From positions 39,151 to 103,150 of the IMG/VR virus record IMGVR_UViG_3300047545_000306: DNA of 64,000 nucleotides. One strand, written 5' to 3'. Source of the DNA: a virus. Its lineage: Duplodnaviria > Caudoviricetes. Each line of letters begins with the position of its first letter. Position 1 is the first letter of the stretch. A program made the translations under genes and the position numbers. This document shows, piece after piece, positions 1 through 9,052 of the stretch. Under the pieces are notes generated by a model. It searched no databases and was not told where the DNA came from. It was given only the letters and a program-made list of their open reading frames with translations.

Positions 1-321
1 CGAACCAGATGATGCAGTGATGGCACCAGTAGTTCCAGCAGCAATAAGAGTTGCATCGGTTGCAGCGACAGCAACAGTTTCACCAGCAGTGATACCAGTT
101 AGAGCAAAGTCTAGGGTGTCTGTGGTGTCTACAGAGTTGTCTGCAGGCACTGGAAGTGCGATTGCAGATGCTTCTGTGGTTCCAGCAGTAGCTGGAGCTG
201 AGCCTGCAACGGTTAGTGCATAGGTTGCACCAACTGCAAGTGCAGGACCTGCGACTAGTGCAGAGGTGGTTAGTGCGATTGCAGCTGCAATAGCGATAAG
301 TGGCTTCTTTAGTGAAGTCAT
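1..321 (-). CDS. Secreted Ala/Thr-rich surface (Ig/S-layer-like) protein, truncated by window edge
   Basis: Not in ORF track. Open from ATG at 321 to the window edge: MTSLKKPLIAIAAAIALTTSALVAGPALA-VGATY...; Sec signal peptide (KK, hydrophobic core, A-L-A); AAGGA upstream. Confidence 0.75.
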   Translation of the reverse strand, partial: MTSLKKPLIAIAAAIALTTSALVAGPALAVGATYALTVAGSAPATAGTTEASAIALPVPADNSVDTTDTLDFALTGITAGETVAVAATDATLIAAGTTGAITASSGS

Positions 322-349
322 AATTTATTTTTCCTTTTCTTCTTTGTTT

Positions 350-2134
350 TTAGATTAGATCGAATCTAGCCAAGTATTCTTTTACATCTTCTGGCATAGG
401 CTTATATGTTATCACATTATTCCTATCCATGTCAAGTGTTGATTTTGGTCTATCCTTGAAAGTATGTATTTCAATTTCCTGATTTAGATCTTTTGGAGTA
501 TGCGAGATAGCTCCGAAGATAGCACCACATACAGCATCCGCAAGGTCCTTTGAGGACTTGCGAGGGTGGTCTACCCTATTCTGTTTGACAATTTTAAGCT
601 CGGTAAGCTCCTCAAACAAGAGTTCTATGGCTGGCATAACAAGTCTATCCTCATAGACAAGCATAGCCATGTCTTCGTAATGCTTCTTGGCAACAGAAAC
701 AGTCTCAGTACGAATACCTACCTGCTTAAGTTCATTCTGAATATCGAACGACTGCCAGCGGTCAAATGAGACCATTCCGATATTGAAGCCCTGTCTACGC
801 AGGTTCTGAATCCATTGCTTAACCTCTGACAGGTTAACAGGACCTTCAACACGTGGTTCCCAGTATACCACAGCATCTACTACTACGATAGGTGCAACTT
901 GCTCATAATCCTTAACTACTTGAATATTTACCCACTTTTCTACGTGGGCAATTGCAACGGCACACTTGTCATGCTTCTGTGCAAGGTCAGCATGGACATA
1001 GTAGGTCTTGTCTGGATCTGGCACAAATGATGGCTCAAATCTTTTTGCAGTGTCAATCGGATTTCTGATGGTCATACAGGCACGAACCTTGTCCTGCTGC
1101 TTGAAGAATGCATCAGACATGTAAGTAGGTACACAGGCGAAACGCTGCATAGCGTCTCCAAGGTCAGTGAAGAACGAAACCTTAAAGTCTTCGATACTAC
1201 GAGTCGGATTGACTACCCAAGTAGGACGCTTAAGGGCAAATACACCAGGATACTTGTAAGAGAGGACTGTGTCTTCTTCCCACTCAATCTCTAGAGAGTT
1301 TCCATCTGCATCTGCTGGCAAGTCCTCATTCATAATAAACTTATGAGTCTTGTGTACAACATCTTTTTCTGCAATTACTGCATCGTACCTCTGAGAGATA
1401 AAGTCTCCTGGATAACGTGGGAACGAGAGAAGAGCAACTTTGCCCAGGTCTGGGAAACGAGAGTCAACTGACGCACGAAAAGCCTTGTAAATGTTATCTG
1501 CAGTCTTGCCCTGGTCATTTCCTGTTCCAATTTCTTGAGCAAATCCTGAGATCTCGTCCAGTACTGCAAGTATAAGGTTGAGACCCTCGTGTGATTCACG
1601 CTCGGAGTGACCAGAATAAACTGTGATAGCGTGATCAAACTCAATGCTTTCTGCTTTAGGGTTAAATTTGCCAGCGAACCACGGAGATCTTTCAATCTTC
1701 GACTTAAAGCCCTTAAAGAAGACGTTCTTAGCCTGCTGTGCGTTAATCGCAACATTGATAATATCGATAGCGTCACCTGAAGGTTTACCGAAATAACGAG
1801 CAGGATCCTTAAGACAAAGTAGTTTATATACAATGTAGGAACAAGCAACAGTTGAGGTAAAGTCTTTACCAGAACCCTTGCCAAGCTGTAGAATAACTTC
1901 ATTCTTAGTGTATTTTTTGTAATAACGTCTACCCTCTTCTTCACCCATGATGTCAATAACGTCTTCTAGCTTGTAAATCTGTGACATAGCCTCAACGATG
2001 TCGTACTGTACCTGTGAAAGAGGTGGCTGACCAAGATAGTCTTCACCTTCAACAAACGTCTTAGCATCTACTGGTCTTTCAGCAAAGTTAGTATCCTTGA
2101 GTACCTCAAAGAACTCATTGAACATCGTGGACAA
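350..2134 (-). CDS. terL: Terminase large subunit
   Basis: Walker A GKGSGKD, Walker B AVLDE, C-terminal RNaseH-like nuclease (HADLA...FDRWQS...DHP..SKDLADA). Confidence 0.93.
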   Translation of the reverse strand: MSTMFNEFFEVLKDTNFAERPVDAKTFVEGEDYLGQPPLSQVQYDIVEAMSQIYKLEDVIDIMGEEEGRRYYKKYTKNEVILQLGKGSGKDFTSTVACSYIVYKLLCLKDPARYFGKPSGDAIDIINVAINAQQAKNVFFKGFKSKIERSPWFAGKFNPKAESIEFDHAITVYSGHSERESHEGLNLILAVLDEISGFAQEIGTGNDQGKTADNIYKAFRASVDSRFPDLGKVALLSFPRYPGDFISQRYDAVIAEKDVVHKTHKFIMNEDLPADADGNSLEIEWEEDTVLSYKYPGVFALKRPTWVVNPTRSIEDFKVSFFTDLGDAMQRFACVPTYMSDAFFKQQDKVRACMTIRNPIDTAKRFEPSFVPDPDKTYYVHADLAQKHDKCAVAIAHVEKWVNIQVVKDYEQVAPIVVVDAVVYWEPRVEGPVNLSEVKQWIQNLRRQGFNIGMVSFDRWQSFDIQNELKQVGIRTETVSVAKKHYEDMAMLVYEDRLVMPAIELLFEELTELKIVKQNRVDHPRKSSKDLADAVCGAIFGAISHTPKDLNQEIEIHTFKDRPKSTLDMDRNNVITYKPMPEDVKEYLARFDLI

Positions 2135-2645
2135 TTGTAATTACCTCTCGCTCTTTTGCTACGTCAGATAGCCTACGCATAATCTTGTCACGGATCTCTG
2201 GGTGCTCTGTTGCGATATCTTTAAGAATGTTAACAAGGATTTCTTGCTTACGCTCAATCTCTAACATCTCTTCTGCAAGTTCCTTGTTCTCAAGAAGTCC
2301 TGCCTTCTGTAGCATGTCGATACGAGTCTTCTCAAGGTCCATAACAAGCTTAATACCTGCAGTCTTAGCATTTAGGTTTGCTACAGTTGTTGCCTCATCG
2401 ATTACTTCGTATGCCTTTGAGATTAGCTTGCTATAGTGTGTGTCTGCACCTACCAGGGCTTCCTTGGCACGAGCACGAATAGCTGCATTGTCTGCAGCCA
2501 TCGTTCTCCACTCATCGATGTAAGCAACGACCTTTTGGCGAGGCAGCTGCAACTCTTTCGAAATCTGTGTAGGCTCTGCACCTGCTAGATACTTCTCAAC
2601 AACCTTGTTTACTTGATCAAGGTGCTCTATTAGATTATCTTCCAT
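2115..2645 (-). CDS. Probable terminase small subunit
   Basis: N-terminal HTH-like segment (PTQISKELQLPRQKV) plus helical region, overlapping the terL start. Confidence 0.6.
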   Translation of the reverse strand: MEDNLIEHLDQVNKVVEKYLAGAEPTQISKELQLPRQKVVAYIDEWRTMAADNAAIRARAKEALVGADTHYSKLISKAYEVIDEATTVANLNAKTAGIKLVMDLEKTRIDMLQKAGLLENKELAEEMLEIERKQEILVNILKDIATEHPEIRDKIMRRLSDVAKEREVITIVHDVQ

Positions 2646-3393
2646 ATTTAAAAGCCGTCTTCATTCTGTCATCTATCTTCTTCAGGGCTACTGGATCGTT
2701 TTTCTGCTCCTCGGTTGGTGCAAACAGTGCTCTGTATGTCTTGTCCTTGTCGCTCTCATCTGGCTTGGTGTAGTAGAATAGGGCAATGCTCTTTCTCTGT
2801 TCGCCATCTGGTGCATGGATTGCATCATTGTTTGGTAGTCCATGCCAAGAGTTTTGGGTTGTGTCAAAGATGAAGGCTGTGTTAAACATCGGAGAAACTT
2901 CCTTAACCTTTTCTAGTGGCTGACCGTCTTCTGGATTGTTTGACCATAGTTCTAGTGCACCACCCCACTCCTCTTTCCAATTACTGTTTAGATAAACAAT
3001 TATGTTTAGCTTACGCTTGAGGTTTAGCTTTGGGTGCATCTCTGCATCCCTGTGTAGGTTAAGTCTTCCATTGCTTGGGTGAATGTGCATGCCGCCTGCA
3101 TGTAGACCGAAGTCAGCGTATAGATCTTCTTCAATTCCAGTAAGCTTCTTTAGCTCCGCAATGAACTCGTTTGAGCATAGGTAGTAGAATGCACGATAGA
3201 AGCTGCCTGGATACCAATCCCAGTGGGTGGCAAGACGCTTCTGCTCAAACTCAGTGTGATTTCTGGTTAGCCAACGCTCGTCATCATACTCGTAAAAGTC
3301 TGTCTCTAGCTCCTTAGCTGTTTCATCGCTAAAAAAGTTTGGGATGACCCAGTGATCAAATGGGTTGTTACTGTGCTGAGCTTTTTCTAACAT
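2635..3393 (-). CDS. 2OG-Fe(II) oxygenase (prolyl-hydroxylase-like)
   Basis: HxD (LHRD), IIVYLN..W..EWGGALELW, distal WHG and R-x-S (RKS). Confidence 0.85.
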   Translation of the reverse strand: MLEKAQHSNNPFDHWVIPNFFSDETAKELETDFYEYDDERWLTRNHTEFEQKRLATHWDWYPGSFYRAFYYLCSNEFIAELKKLTGIEEDLYADFGLHAGGMHIHPSNGRLNLHRDAEMHPKLNLKRKLNIIVYLNSNWKEEWGGALELWSNNPEDGQPLEKVKEVSPMFNTAFIFDTTQNSWHGLPNNDAIHAPDGEQRKSIALFYYTKPDESDKDKTYRALFAPTEEQKNDPVALKKIDDRMKTAFKYGR

Positions 3394-3637
3394 TTTTCTT
3401 TATCCTTTTCTTTGGTATACGTTTAATTCTATCAGACTTGAAGCTTCTAAATGCCCCAGTTTGACCACGGAATACTTCAAAGCAGTCTACCCAGGAGGTT
3501 CCAGTTGCCGAGTTTACAGTGAAGCTGTCGAACTTAAACTTGACACCGTACTCTCCGCTTACCCGAAAGATCTCTCCCTTAACGATTGTCTTTCCGTCTG
3601 GAAGAGTTATCTGCGGTTCCTTTATTAGGTGGGTCAC
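3368..3637 (-). CDS. Hypothetical protein
   Basis: Overlaps both neighbouring genes in the same operon. Confidence 0.6.
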   Translation of the reverse strand: MTHLIKEPQITLPDGKTIVKGEIFRVSGEYGVKFKFDSFTVNSATGTSWVDCFEVFRGQTGAFRSFKSDRIKRIPKKRIKKNVRKSSAQ

Positions 3638-3876
3638 TTGGCTTGCTCCTCAAGTCGTTTAATCTCGTCATTAATGTAAAAGATTGCTTTCTTGAGATCT
3701 TCGATGTGCTTTCCTTCATTCTTTAATCCTGCTCTCCATAGATACTTAATTGCATTTCCAATATTAAAATTGCGGTGACGAGTAATCTGAATGCACTCTA
3801 CCCCACTAGGATCTGAAATATAGTGCTGTGGGTGGTTTACCTGATCTACCACAATGTCCAAGTCTGCTAGACTCAT
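3634..3876 (-). CDS. DUF3310 / SaV-like protein
   Basis: DQVNHPQHY...ECI...FNIGNAIKYLWRAGLK...EDLKKAIFY signature. Confidence 0.85.
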   Translation of the reverse strand: MSLADLDIVVDQVNHPQHYISDPSGVECIQITRHRNFNIGNAIKYLWRAGLKNEGKHIEDLKKAIFYINDEIKRLEEQAK

Positions 3877-4025
3877 CTTCTTGACCTTCTTAATTTAAAT
3901 TTAGCTAGATATACGTAGATAGTTTCTACGCTTGCTCCGCATTCTTTTGCGATCTCTTCTGGACTCTTTTTGTCCATCCAATAGCGTTTCTTTAACCACG
4001 CCTCATTAGTATACAGCTTTGCCAT
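3873..4025 (-). CDS. Small HTH DNA-binding protein (50 aa)
   Basis: Below ORF-track cutoff: MAKLYTNEAWLKKRYWMDKKSPEEIAKECGASVETIYVYLAKFKLRRSRR; fills the gap between neighbours exactly (ATGA overlap at 3873-3876). Confidence 0.8.
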   Translation of the reverse strand: MAKLYTNEAWLKKRYWMDKKSPEEIAKECGASVETIYVYLAKFKLRRSRR

Positions 4026-4601
4026 TTACTTGTCAATCTTTTCCCAGTTGTGAATTGCATAGTGTCCAATACCGACAGCATCTGCAACGTCATCATCACT
4101 AATTGCTTTATCATAGTAAGTGTTAACAAACTTAATTGTCTTTTGCTTACGCAATTCTCTAGACTTGTTCTGATACCAGTTCTTTGACTTGCCTGGAAAC
4201 TCATTGACTATTGCTTGCTTCTCTGCTGCAGTCAGCTTGCCGTTGCCTATAAAGGTCTGCCAGGTTATGGGATTGATAGATCCTGCTGTTCTGATGCCGC
4301 TTATCTTTGCAGCTCCCAGGAGAGCTCCCTGAATAAGGGCTAGGTCAGACGCTGTCTTTGGGCTGTTGATAAAAATTGTGTGCTCAATAACAATTGCGTC
4401 AATCTCAAACTGCTTCAGAAATGGCATTGACTTTCTTGCAGCGTCTCCAAGCTTCTGGTAGGCATTGGCACCGTCGAATCGGATCTTTCCGTATCTGACT
4501 AGGGTATTACCAGAAAAGATAGCAAAAGCAAGACTGTTAGTGCTAGCATCGATAGCACAAATATTTTTGGGTTTTGCATTAGAGCGTCCAATCTTTACCA
4601 T
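4026..4601 (-). CDS. ruvC: RuvC-like Holliday junction resolvase
   Basis: CAIDAS, IVIEH and DDVADAVGIG catalytic acidic motifs. Confidence 0.85.
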   Translation of the reverse strand: MVKIGRSNAKPKNICAIDASTNSLAFAIFSGNTLVRYGKIRFDGANAYQKLGDAARKSMPFLKQFEIDAIVIEHTIFINSPKTASDLALIQGALLGAAKISGIRTAGSINPITWQTFIGNGKLTAAEKQAIVNEFPGKSKNWYQNKSRELRKQKTIKFVNTYYDKAISDDDVADAVGIGHYAIHNWEKIDK

Positions 4602-4878
4602 TCATTAATCCTTTGATTTCTTTAAGTATCTTGGAAACCTCCTTGGGGTCAGCTACACATGCTTGACAAATTGCATCGTCGTTATACATGGACAGCTGAC
4701 CACCACAGGAAGTGCACTTTCTATTTTTTCCGTGACGTTTGTTTCGTCTTATAATTTGATACCTGGCAGCAATTTTTTCTTTTGTTGCTAGGTCCCTACA
4801 CGAGGAAGAGCAATATATCTGATACGATACAGTTGCGTCGAACGAGGTGTCACACCATTTACAGTGTTTGCTTATCAT
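4579..4878 (-). CDS. Cys-rich zinc-binding protein
   Basis: CKWC, YCSSSC, CTSC, CQAC; start re-called at ATG 4878 to avoid a long overlap with the upstream gene. Confidence 0.7.
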   Translation of the reverse strand: MISKHCKWCDTSFDATVSYQIYCSSSCRDLATKEKIAARYQIIRRNKRHGKNRKCTSCGGQLSMYNDDAICQACVADPKEVSKILKEIKGLMNGKDWTL

Positions 4879-5665
4879 CAATTGGCTCCAGAGATTTGAT
4901 CTTGATCTCTCCAGAACCAGCATTGTCACAAGCCTCACGGATTGGACATGTCTTGCATATTTTTGAATTTGAACGATAGTTCTTTTCTGGCAGGGTTTTA
5001 TCGTCCCATGCCTTACGAACATTTCTCATCCACTCAAAAGCGTTCTCTACCCACTCATAATAGTACTGATTCAATTCTACAGGAAAAATCAAAAGTTCGT
5101 GATTGTTCTTGTTTTCATATATCAGAACAGCTTTGCTCTTGTTGAGGATCTTCATATAGATCAGAAGCTGTACGAGGTGACCAGTCTTTGGCTTACCTGC
5201 TAGCTTCCTATACTCAAAGCCCTCATTAGGCATAGTCTTAATTTCACCAAGAAGGTCTGAGCCTTCCCAGTTAAGGATAACGTCACCATACCCGAAGATT
5301 GGTGGGTTCTCATAGGTTACCTTAAACTCTGAATCTACAAGGAAGCCTGGGACGTTTCCCATAGCCTCCTGAATACGCTCGTGAGACTTGGTACCAGCAG
5401 TCATGTTGGCACCACCATATGCATCTGCATTGTCTGAGAAGACAGCTCCATTAAAGGCTAGATACCAGTAGCGAGGACACTCTCCGTGAGAGAACGCAAT
5501 CGTGCTTGGTGCAAAAGTCTTCTTAGTCTGAAACTTGTCTACACGATTAATTGTGTATCCAGATTTAATTTTTTCTATAAGTGCATCTTTGTCGATGAAT
5601 GAAGGTCGTGAAGAAACTTTATCTTCTACCTTAAGCATGACCTGTTGCAGTAAATTTTTTGCCAT
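4859..5665 (-). CDS. Cas4-like PD-(D/E)xK exonuclease
   Basis: ECPRYWY, GT..H, G.GD..EIKT, QLLIY and C-terminal CKTCPIREAC Fe-S cysteines. Confidence 0.85.
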   Translation of the reverse strand: MAKNLLQQVMLKVEDKVSSRPSFIDKDALIEKIKSGYTINRVDKFQTKKTFAPSTIAFSHGECPRYWYLAFNGAVFSDNADAYGGANMTAGTKSHERIQEAMGNVPGFLVDSEFKVTYENPPIFGYGDVILNWEGSDLLGEIKTMPNEGFEYRKLAGKPKTGHLVQLLIYMKILNKSKAVLIYENKNNHELLIFPVELNQYYYEWVENAFEWMRNVRKAWDDKTLPEKNYRSNSKICKTCPIREACDNAGSGEIKIKSLEPIDDKQTL

Positions 5666-5704
5666 TTTTTATTAAACTCTTTTCTTTGTTATGTCTATTG
5701 TACA

Positions 5705-6010
5705 CTATCGTGTAATATATTTCAACGCAGAAACGAGGCTATTGATTGACTCTGCAGCAGTATAGTAAATGTTCTTCTTTGCTCTATCACTTTTATCGAC
5801 ATTAGTTAGCCATGTTGCTTTAAAAGCCATCTTTGCTGCAATCGCCTGTAGTCTTACAATCTCTACAGTAGCAACGTTAAGTGGCACGTCTGGCTTAATG
5901 ATTAGCTTAGCGATAAACGTAAGTGCAGTTGTGAGCTCTTCGTCATCCATGTAGTCAGCGATCTCTGTGAGACCATTGACCATCTCAAGTGTTGTTTGTT
6001 CCATTCTCAT
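5705..6010 (-). CDS. Hypothetical helical protein
   Basis: In-strand ORF within the recombination module. Confidence 0.65.
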   Translation of the reverse strand: MRMEQTTLEMVNGLTEIADYMDDEELTTALTFIAKLIIKPDVPLNVATVEIVRLQAIAAKMAFKATWLTNVDKSDRAKKNIYYTAAESINSLVSALKYITR

Positions 6011-6018
6011 TACCCTAT

Positions 6019-7020
6019 CTATTTAAGATACTTTTTATTTTTAGGATCTTTGATTTCTTGATCATACTTTATATTTTGACTTGGATCATTGGCACGTTCA
6101 AACAAGAAATCTATTGGTGGCACATTATCGTGCTTTGTGTTTATCGGAGAGTCCGTTGGGTTGCCAGCTTCGTCAATAATGATTCCATACTGGTCTAGTG
6201 GTATTCCGTCTGCCAAGCCATCTAGCTGATACTTCTGGAATGATCTAGCGTATGCAAACGTTGACTGAAACTCCGTTCCATGCTGTCTACGCTTCATTGC
6301 CCTGGAGAATGGGTGTATAGGATCTAGCTTTCCAGTGAATACCCAGTCATCTGCTGGCGAGTAGTTTAGAGATATAATCTTTACGAACTCCCCCTCTTTC
6401 CACTTACGCTTTGGTCTCCAGTGTACATGGTTCACAGCACTAAAGACTATAGCATCCCCTGGACGAAGCTTGTAGTTCTCTTCATCTACACAGACTTCCC
6501 AGTCTATGTTTCCGTCTAGCATGTAGTTAAAAGTTATAAGTGCGTTGCTGGCATCGATATGTGGCTGTAGTGCTGGTACGTACTCCCCATTTCCATACTC
6601 AAGATTGTAGTCTAGGTAGTTGTAGTGAGAAAGCTTTATTTCGTGCTTATACATTGGCTTAATAATAGCGTCTATCTTTGCCTCAATTTCTTTAGGCATG
6701 ATGAAATCAATGACCTGTCTTGATAGCTCTATCATCTGTCTTGGCACTCTAACGTCATTGTCAACGATCTCTTTGTGCCCTGGGACCACCTTGCTAGAGG
6801 TTCTCTGCAAAGACTTGTGCCAGTCCAGAATTCCATTTAACTTAGTAACGTCCCATGGAGCCAATGGCTTTTCCAAATATACTGGTGGAACAGCATTGTA
6901 CTCGTCAAAGTTGGTTAGCCACTCATGCATTGGTGCATAAGCCTCTTCTGGGTAAATGTCGTATTGCTTGATTAGCTCTTGGTCTAGATCACTGTCTAGT
7001 TCATTATTTTTTTCATTCAT
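6019..7020 (-). CDS. 2OG-Fe(II) oxygenase
   Basis: PHID (HxD) ... HVHWR; start re-called at ATG 7020, 6 nt after a TATAAT box. Confidence 0.7.
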   Translation of the reverse strand: MNEKNNELDSDLDQELIKQYDIYPEEAYAPMHEWLTNFDEYNAVPPVYLEKPLAPWDVTKLNGILDWHKSLQRTSSKVVPGHKEIVDNDVRVPRQMIELSRQVIDFIMPKEIEAKIDAIIKPMYKHEIKLSHYNYLDYNLEYGNGEYVPALQPHIDASNALITFNYMLDGNIDWEVCVDEENYKLRPGDAIVFSAVNHVHWRPKRKWKEGEFVKIISLNYSPADDWVFTGKLDPIHPFSRAMKRRQHGTEFQSTFAYARSFQKYQLDGLADGIPLDQYGIIIDEAGNPTDSPINTKHDNVPPIDFLFERANDPSQNIKYDQEIKDPKNKKYLK

Positions 7021-7027
7021 GATATTA

Positions 7028-7321
7028 TTATACACCATCCAATCGTTCTAGTATTTGTTCAAGTAGCGAAAGTTCAATTACAGCCAGTCTAGTTTTAGCC
7101 ATGGAATCGCCAATGACAACCACAATAGCAGGGTCATTGCCATTACGAATAGCATCCGTAGTAGCTTTAGCCCACACATCCTTATTGATCGTAAAGGACT
7201 TTCCGACTTCTTTGAAATCAACCGTGAAGTTCTCCCAGGTTGCATCCCCCTTGTGGGTTCCTCTGCCTGAGTTCTTGTGCTGCTTCGCACCGATACGCTT
7301 GCTTTCACTTGCCTCACTCAT
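7028..7321 (-). CDS. Hjc-like PD-(D/E)xK nuclease/resolvase
   Basis: SG....KGD......VDFK catalytic pattern, 97 aa. Confidence 0.65.
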   Translation of the reverse strand: MSEASESKRIGAKQHKNSGRGTHKGDATWENFTVDFKEVGKSFTINKDVWAKATTDAIRNGNDPAIVVVIGDSMAKTRLAVIELSLLEQILERLDGV

Positions 7322-7484
7322 AATCTTTTTTACTTCTCTTTGTTTTTAGGCTAACAATGCTCATGTGCTTATCTTTACACATCCAGGTTAGCTCCTTGGT
7401 TTCTGGATATGAGCGTAGGGATGTTACCAATGCCCCACACTGCTGGCACTTGAACTCACCCTGATAGATGTTATACTTCGCCAT
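7314..7484 (-). CDS. Small zinc-finger protein (56 aa)
   Basis: Below cutoff: MAKYNIYQGEFKCQQCGALVTSLRSYPETKELTWMCKDKHMSIVSLKTKRSKKDYE; CxxC...CxxxH; overlaps both neighbours. Confidence 0.7.
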   Translation of the reverse strand: MAKYNIYQGEFKCQQCGALVTSLRSYPETKELTWMCKDKHMSIVSLKTKRSKKDYE

Positions 7485-8484
7485 TTACCTTAGCCTTAAT
7501 TGAGTCCTGAAGATCTACGTCTTCTCTTACACGATTAACAAATGCTTCTCTACCCTGGACCTTAGAGCCGTCGGGAAGGATGTACCAGGCTCCTGTACGC
7601 TCTACAATGCCCATCATCTCTGCAGTATCAACTAGATCTCCGACCTCGTCTATGCCCACTAGAGGACCTCTGAAGTAGAAGTCGTATTCACCAGACTGAA
7701 AGCCTGGAGATGTCTTGGAGAACTGGACTTCCCATCGGACCTTGCGTCCTACCTTCTCTTCAATGAGCTTATCTCCCACCGCAATCTTGCCTTTAATAGC
7801 TTGATTGTCTGACTCAGAAGAGAAAAGCTTGATAACGGTTGAGCTATAGAACTTAGTAGCCTGCCCACCCGAAGGCTGCTGACTTGTGTACATAGCACTA
7901 ATATTGTTACGAGATTGACTAATAAGAACAAGCATCGTTGGCTTAACCTTGTTATTGGCATAGTTGAGCATCTTCCAGGCGTTACTAAAGTCTCTAGACT
8001 CTGCTCCAATTTGCTTTGTGTTTTCAAGTTCTTTAAGTTCATCAGTGCCCTTTTCAAAATAGATAGCAGGTAGTAGCGATGTAATGGAGTCGATTACAAT
8101 TAGGTCTACTCCAGCATTCATCAATGCTGTACCAACATCTACCATCTCATTAATGGTACGTGCTTGAGATACGATTAGCTTGTCTGTATCGACCCCCAGA
8201 GACTTTGCCCACTCCTCGGAGTACGACATCTCGGCATCGATCCAGGCACAAAGCTTTCCCTCTGCCTGAGCGTTGCCAATCATCTGTAGGCATAGTGACG
8301 ACTTGGCTGACGACTTAGAGCCCCAGATAAGAATCTGTCTGCCCATAGGAAGCCCACCATTCAGTGCACGGTTTAGTCCGTGGCTTGGAGTCTTCAAAAA
8401 CTCTGTCTTGAATCCAACGCCATTAGATAGACGCTTGCGTATGCGTGGATCCAATGCTGCCAAAGCTTCTTCCATTGTTGTCAT
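7471..8484 (-). CDS. recA: RecA/UvsX-like recombinase
   Basis: LNGGLP.GR, Walker A-like GSKSSAKS, WIDAE, VIDSI, GG.A.KFYSS. Confidence 0.92.
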   Translation of the reverse strand: MTTMEEALAALDPRIRKRLSNGVGFKTEFLKTPSHGLNRALNGGLPMGRQILIWGSKSSAKSSLCLQMIGNAQAEGKLCAWIDAEMSYSEEWAKSLGVDTDKLIVSQARTINEMVDVGTALMNAGVDLIVIDSITSLLPAIYFEKGTDELKELENTKQIGAESRDFSNAWKMLNYANNKVKPTMLVLISQSRNNISAMYTSQQPSGGQATKFYSSTVIKLFSSESDNQAIKGKIAVGDKLIEEKVGRKVRWEVQFSKTSPGFQSGEYDFYFRGPLVGIDEVGDLVDTAEMMGIVERTGAWYILPDGSKVQGREAFVNRVREDVDLQDSIKAKVNGEV

Positions 8485-8717
8485 TATATGCTCTCTTCTA
8501 CTAGTTTTGCAAGCTTGGTTGGGTTAAACCCTGCCCAAGAATCTTTGTCTGTGATCACTACAGGAGCAGCCTTAAAGCCCATTTCGATAATCTTGTCGAA
8601 AGCTTCTGTATCTACTGTGATATCTATTGTTGAGTATTCAATGTTACTCTTGTCCAAGAATCGCTTGGTCTGGTCACACTGTACGCATGACGGCTTTGTG
8701 TATACTACTACTGACAT
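8484..8717 (-). CDS. nrdH: NrdH-like glutaredoxin
   Basis: VYTKPSCVQC...APVV...WAGFNP. Confidence 0.93.
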   Translation of the reverse strand: MSVVVYTKPSCVQCDQTKRFLDKSNIEYSTIDITVDTEAFDKIIEMGFKAAPVVITDKDSWAGFNPTKLAKLVEESI

Positions 8718-9052
8718 TAGAATTTTACTCCGTGCTTCTCTGGTCGTGACTTGTTAAATGCAGTCTTGTTTTCGAATGCCTCATCTAGCGATACGTGAGT
8801 GTACTCATGCTCTACCAGACCAGCATATAGGTCAAAGGTGCGGATCAGAATGTCTGCCATTTCATCGGCAATCTCTCCTGGACCTCGTGACTTGCGGATT
8901 GCCTCCATAACCTCTACAGCTTCTGATACAATCATCATTAACTGCTTAGTCATAAATATATCCTTTTGTTCCTGCGATGCTCCCTCTAGAACATCCCAGA
9001 AACCCTTTTCTACTGCAATCTCGTGCAAGTGATCTGATATCTCATCAAACAT
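8717..9052 (-). CDS. MazG-like NTP pyrophosphohydrolase
   Basis: SEAVEVMEA...DEMADILIR acidic helices and KHGVKF end. Confidence 0.8.
   Translation of the reverse strand: MFDEISDHLHEIAVEKGFWDVLEGASQEQKDIFMTKQLMMIVSEAVEVMEAIRKSRGPGEIADEMADILIRTFDLYAGLVEHEYTHVSLDEAFENKTAFNKSRPEKHGVKF

Noticed and set aside
17-223. Plus-strand 68-aa ORF and the many other short plus-strand ORFs in the track
   Set aside because: They are antisense shadows of well-supported minus-strand genes, with no independent motifs or start signals.
1375-1956. 193-aa alternate-frame ORF inside terL, and similar nested same-strand ORFs
   Set aside because: Fully nested in conserved genes with no recognisable motif; explained by codon bias.
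4859-5665. CRISPR-Cas system suggested by the Cas4-like gene
   Set aside because: No cas1/cas2, effector genes or repeat-spacer array seen; solo phage Cas4-like nucleases are common.
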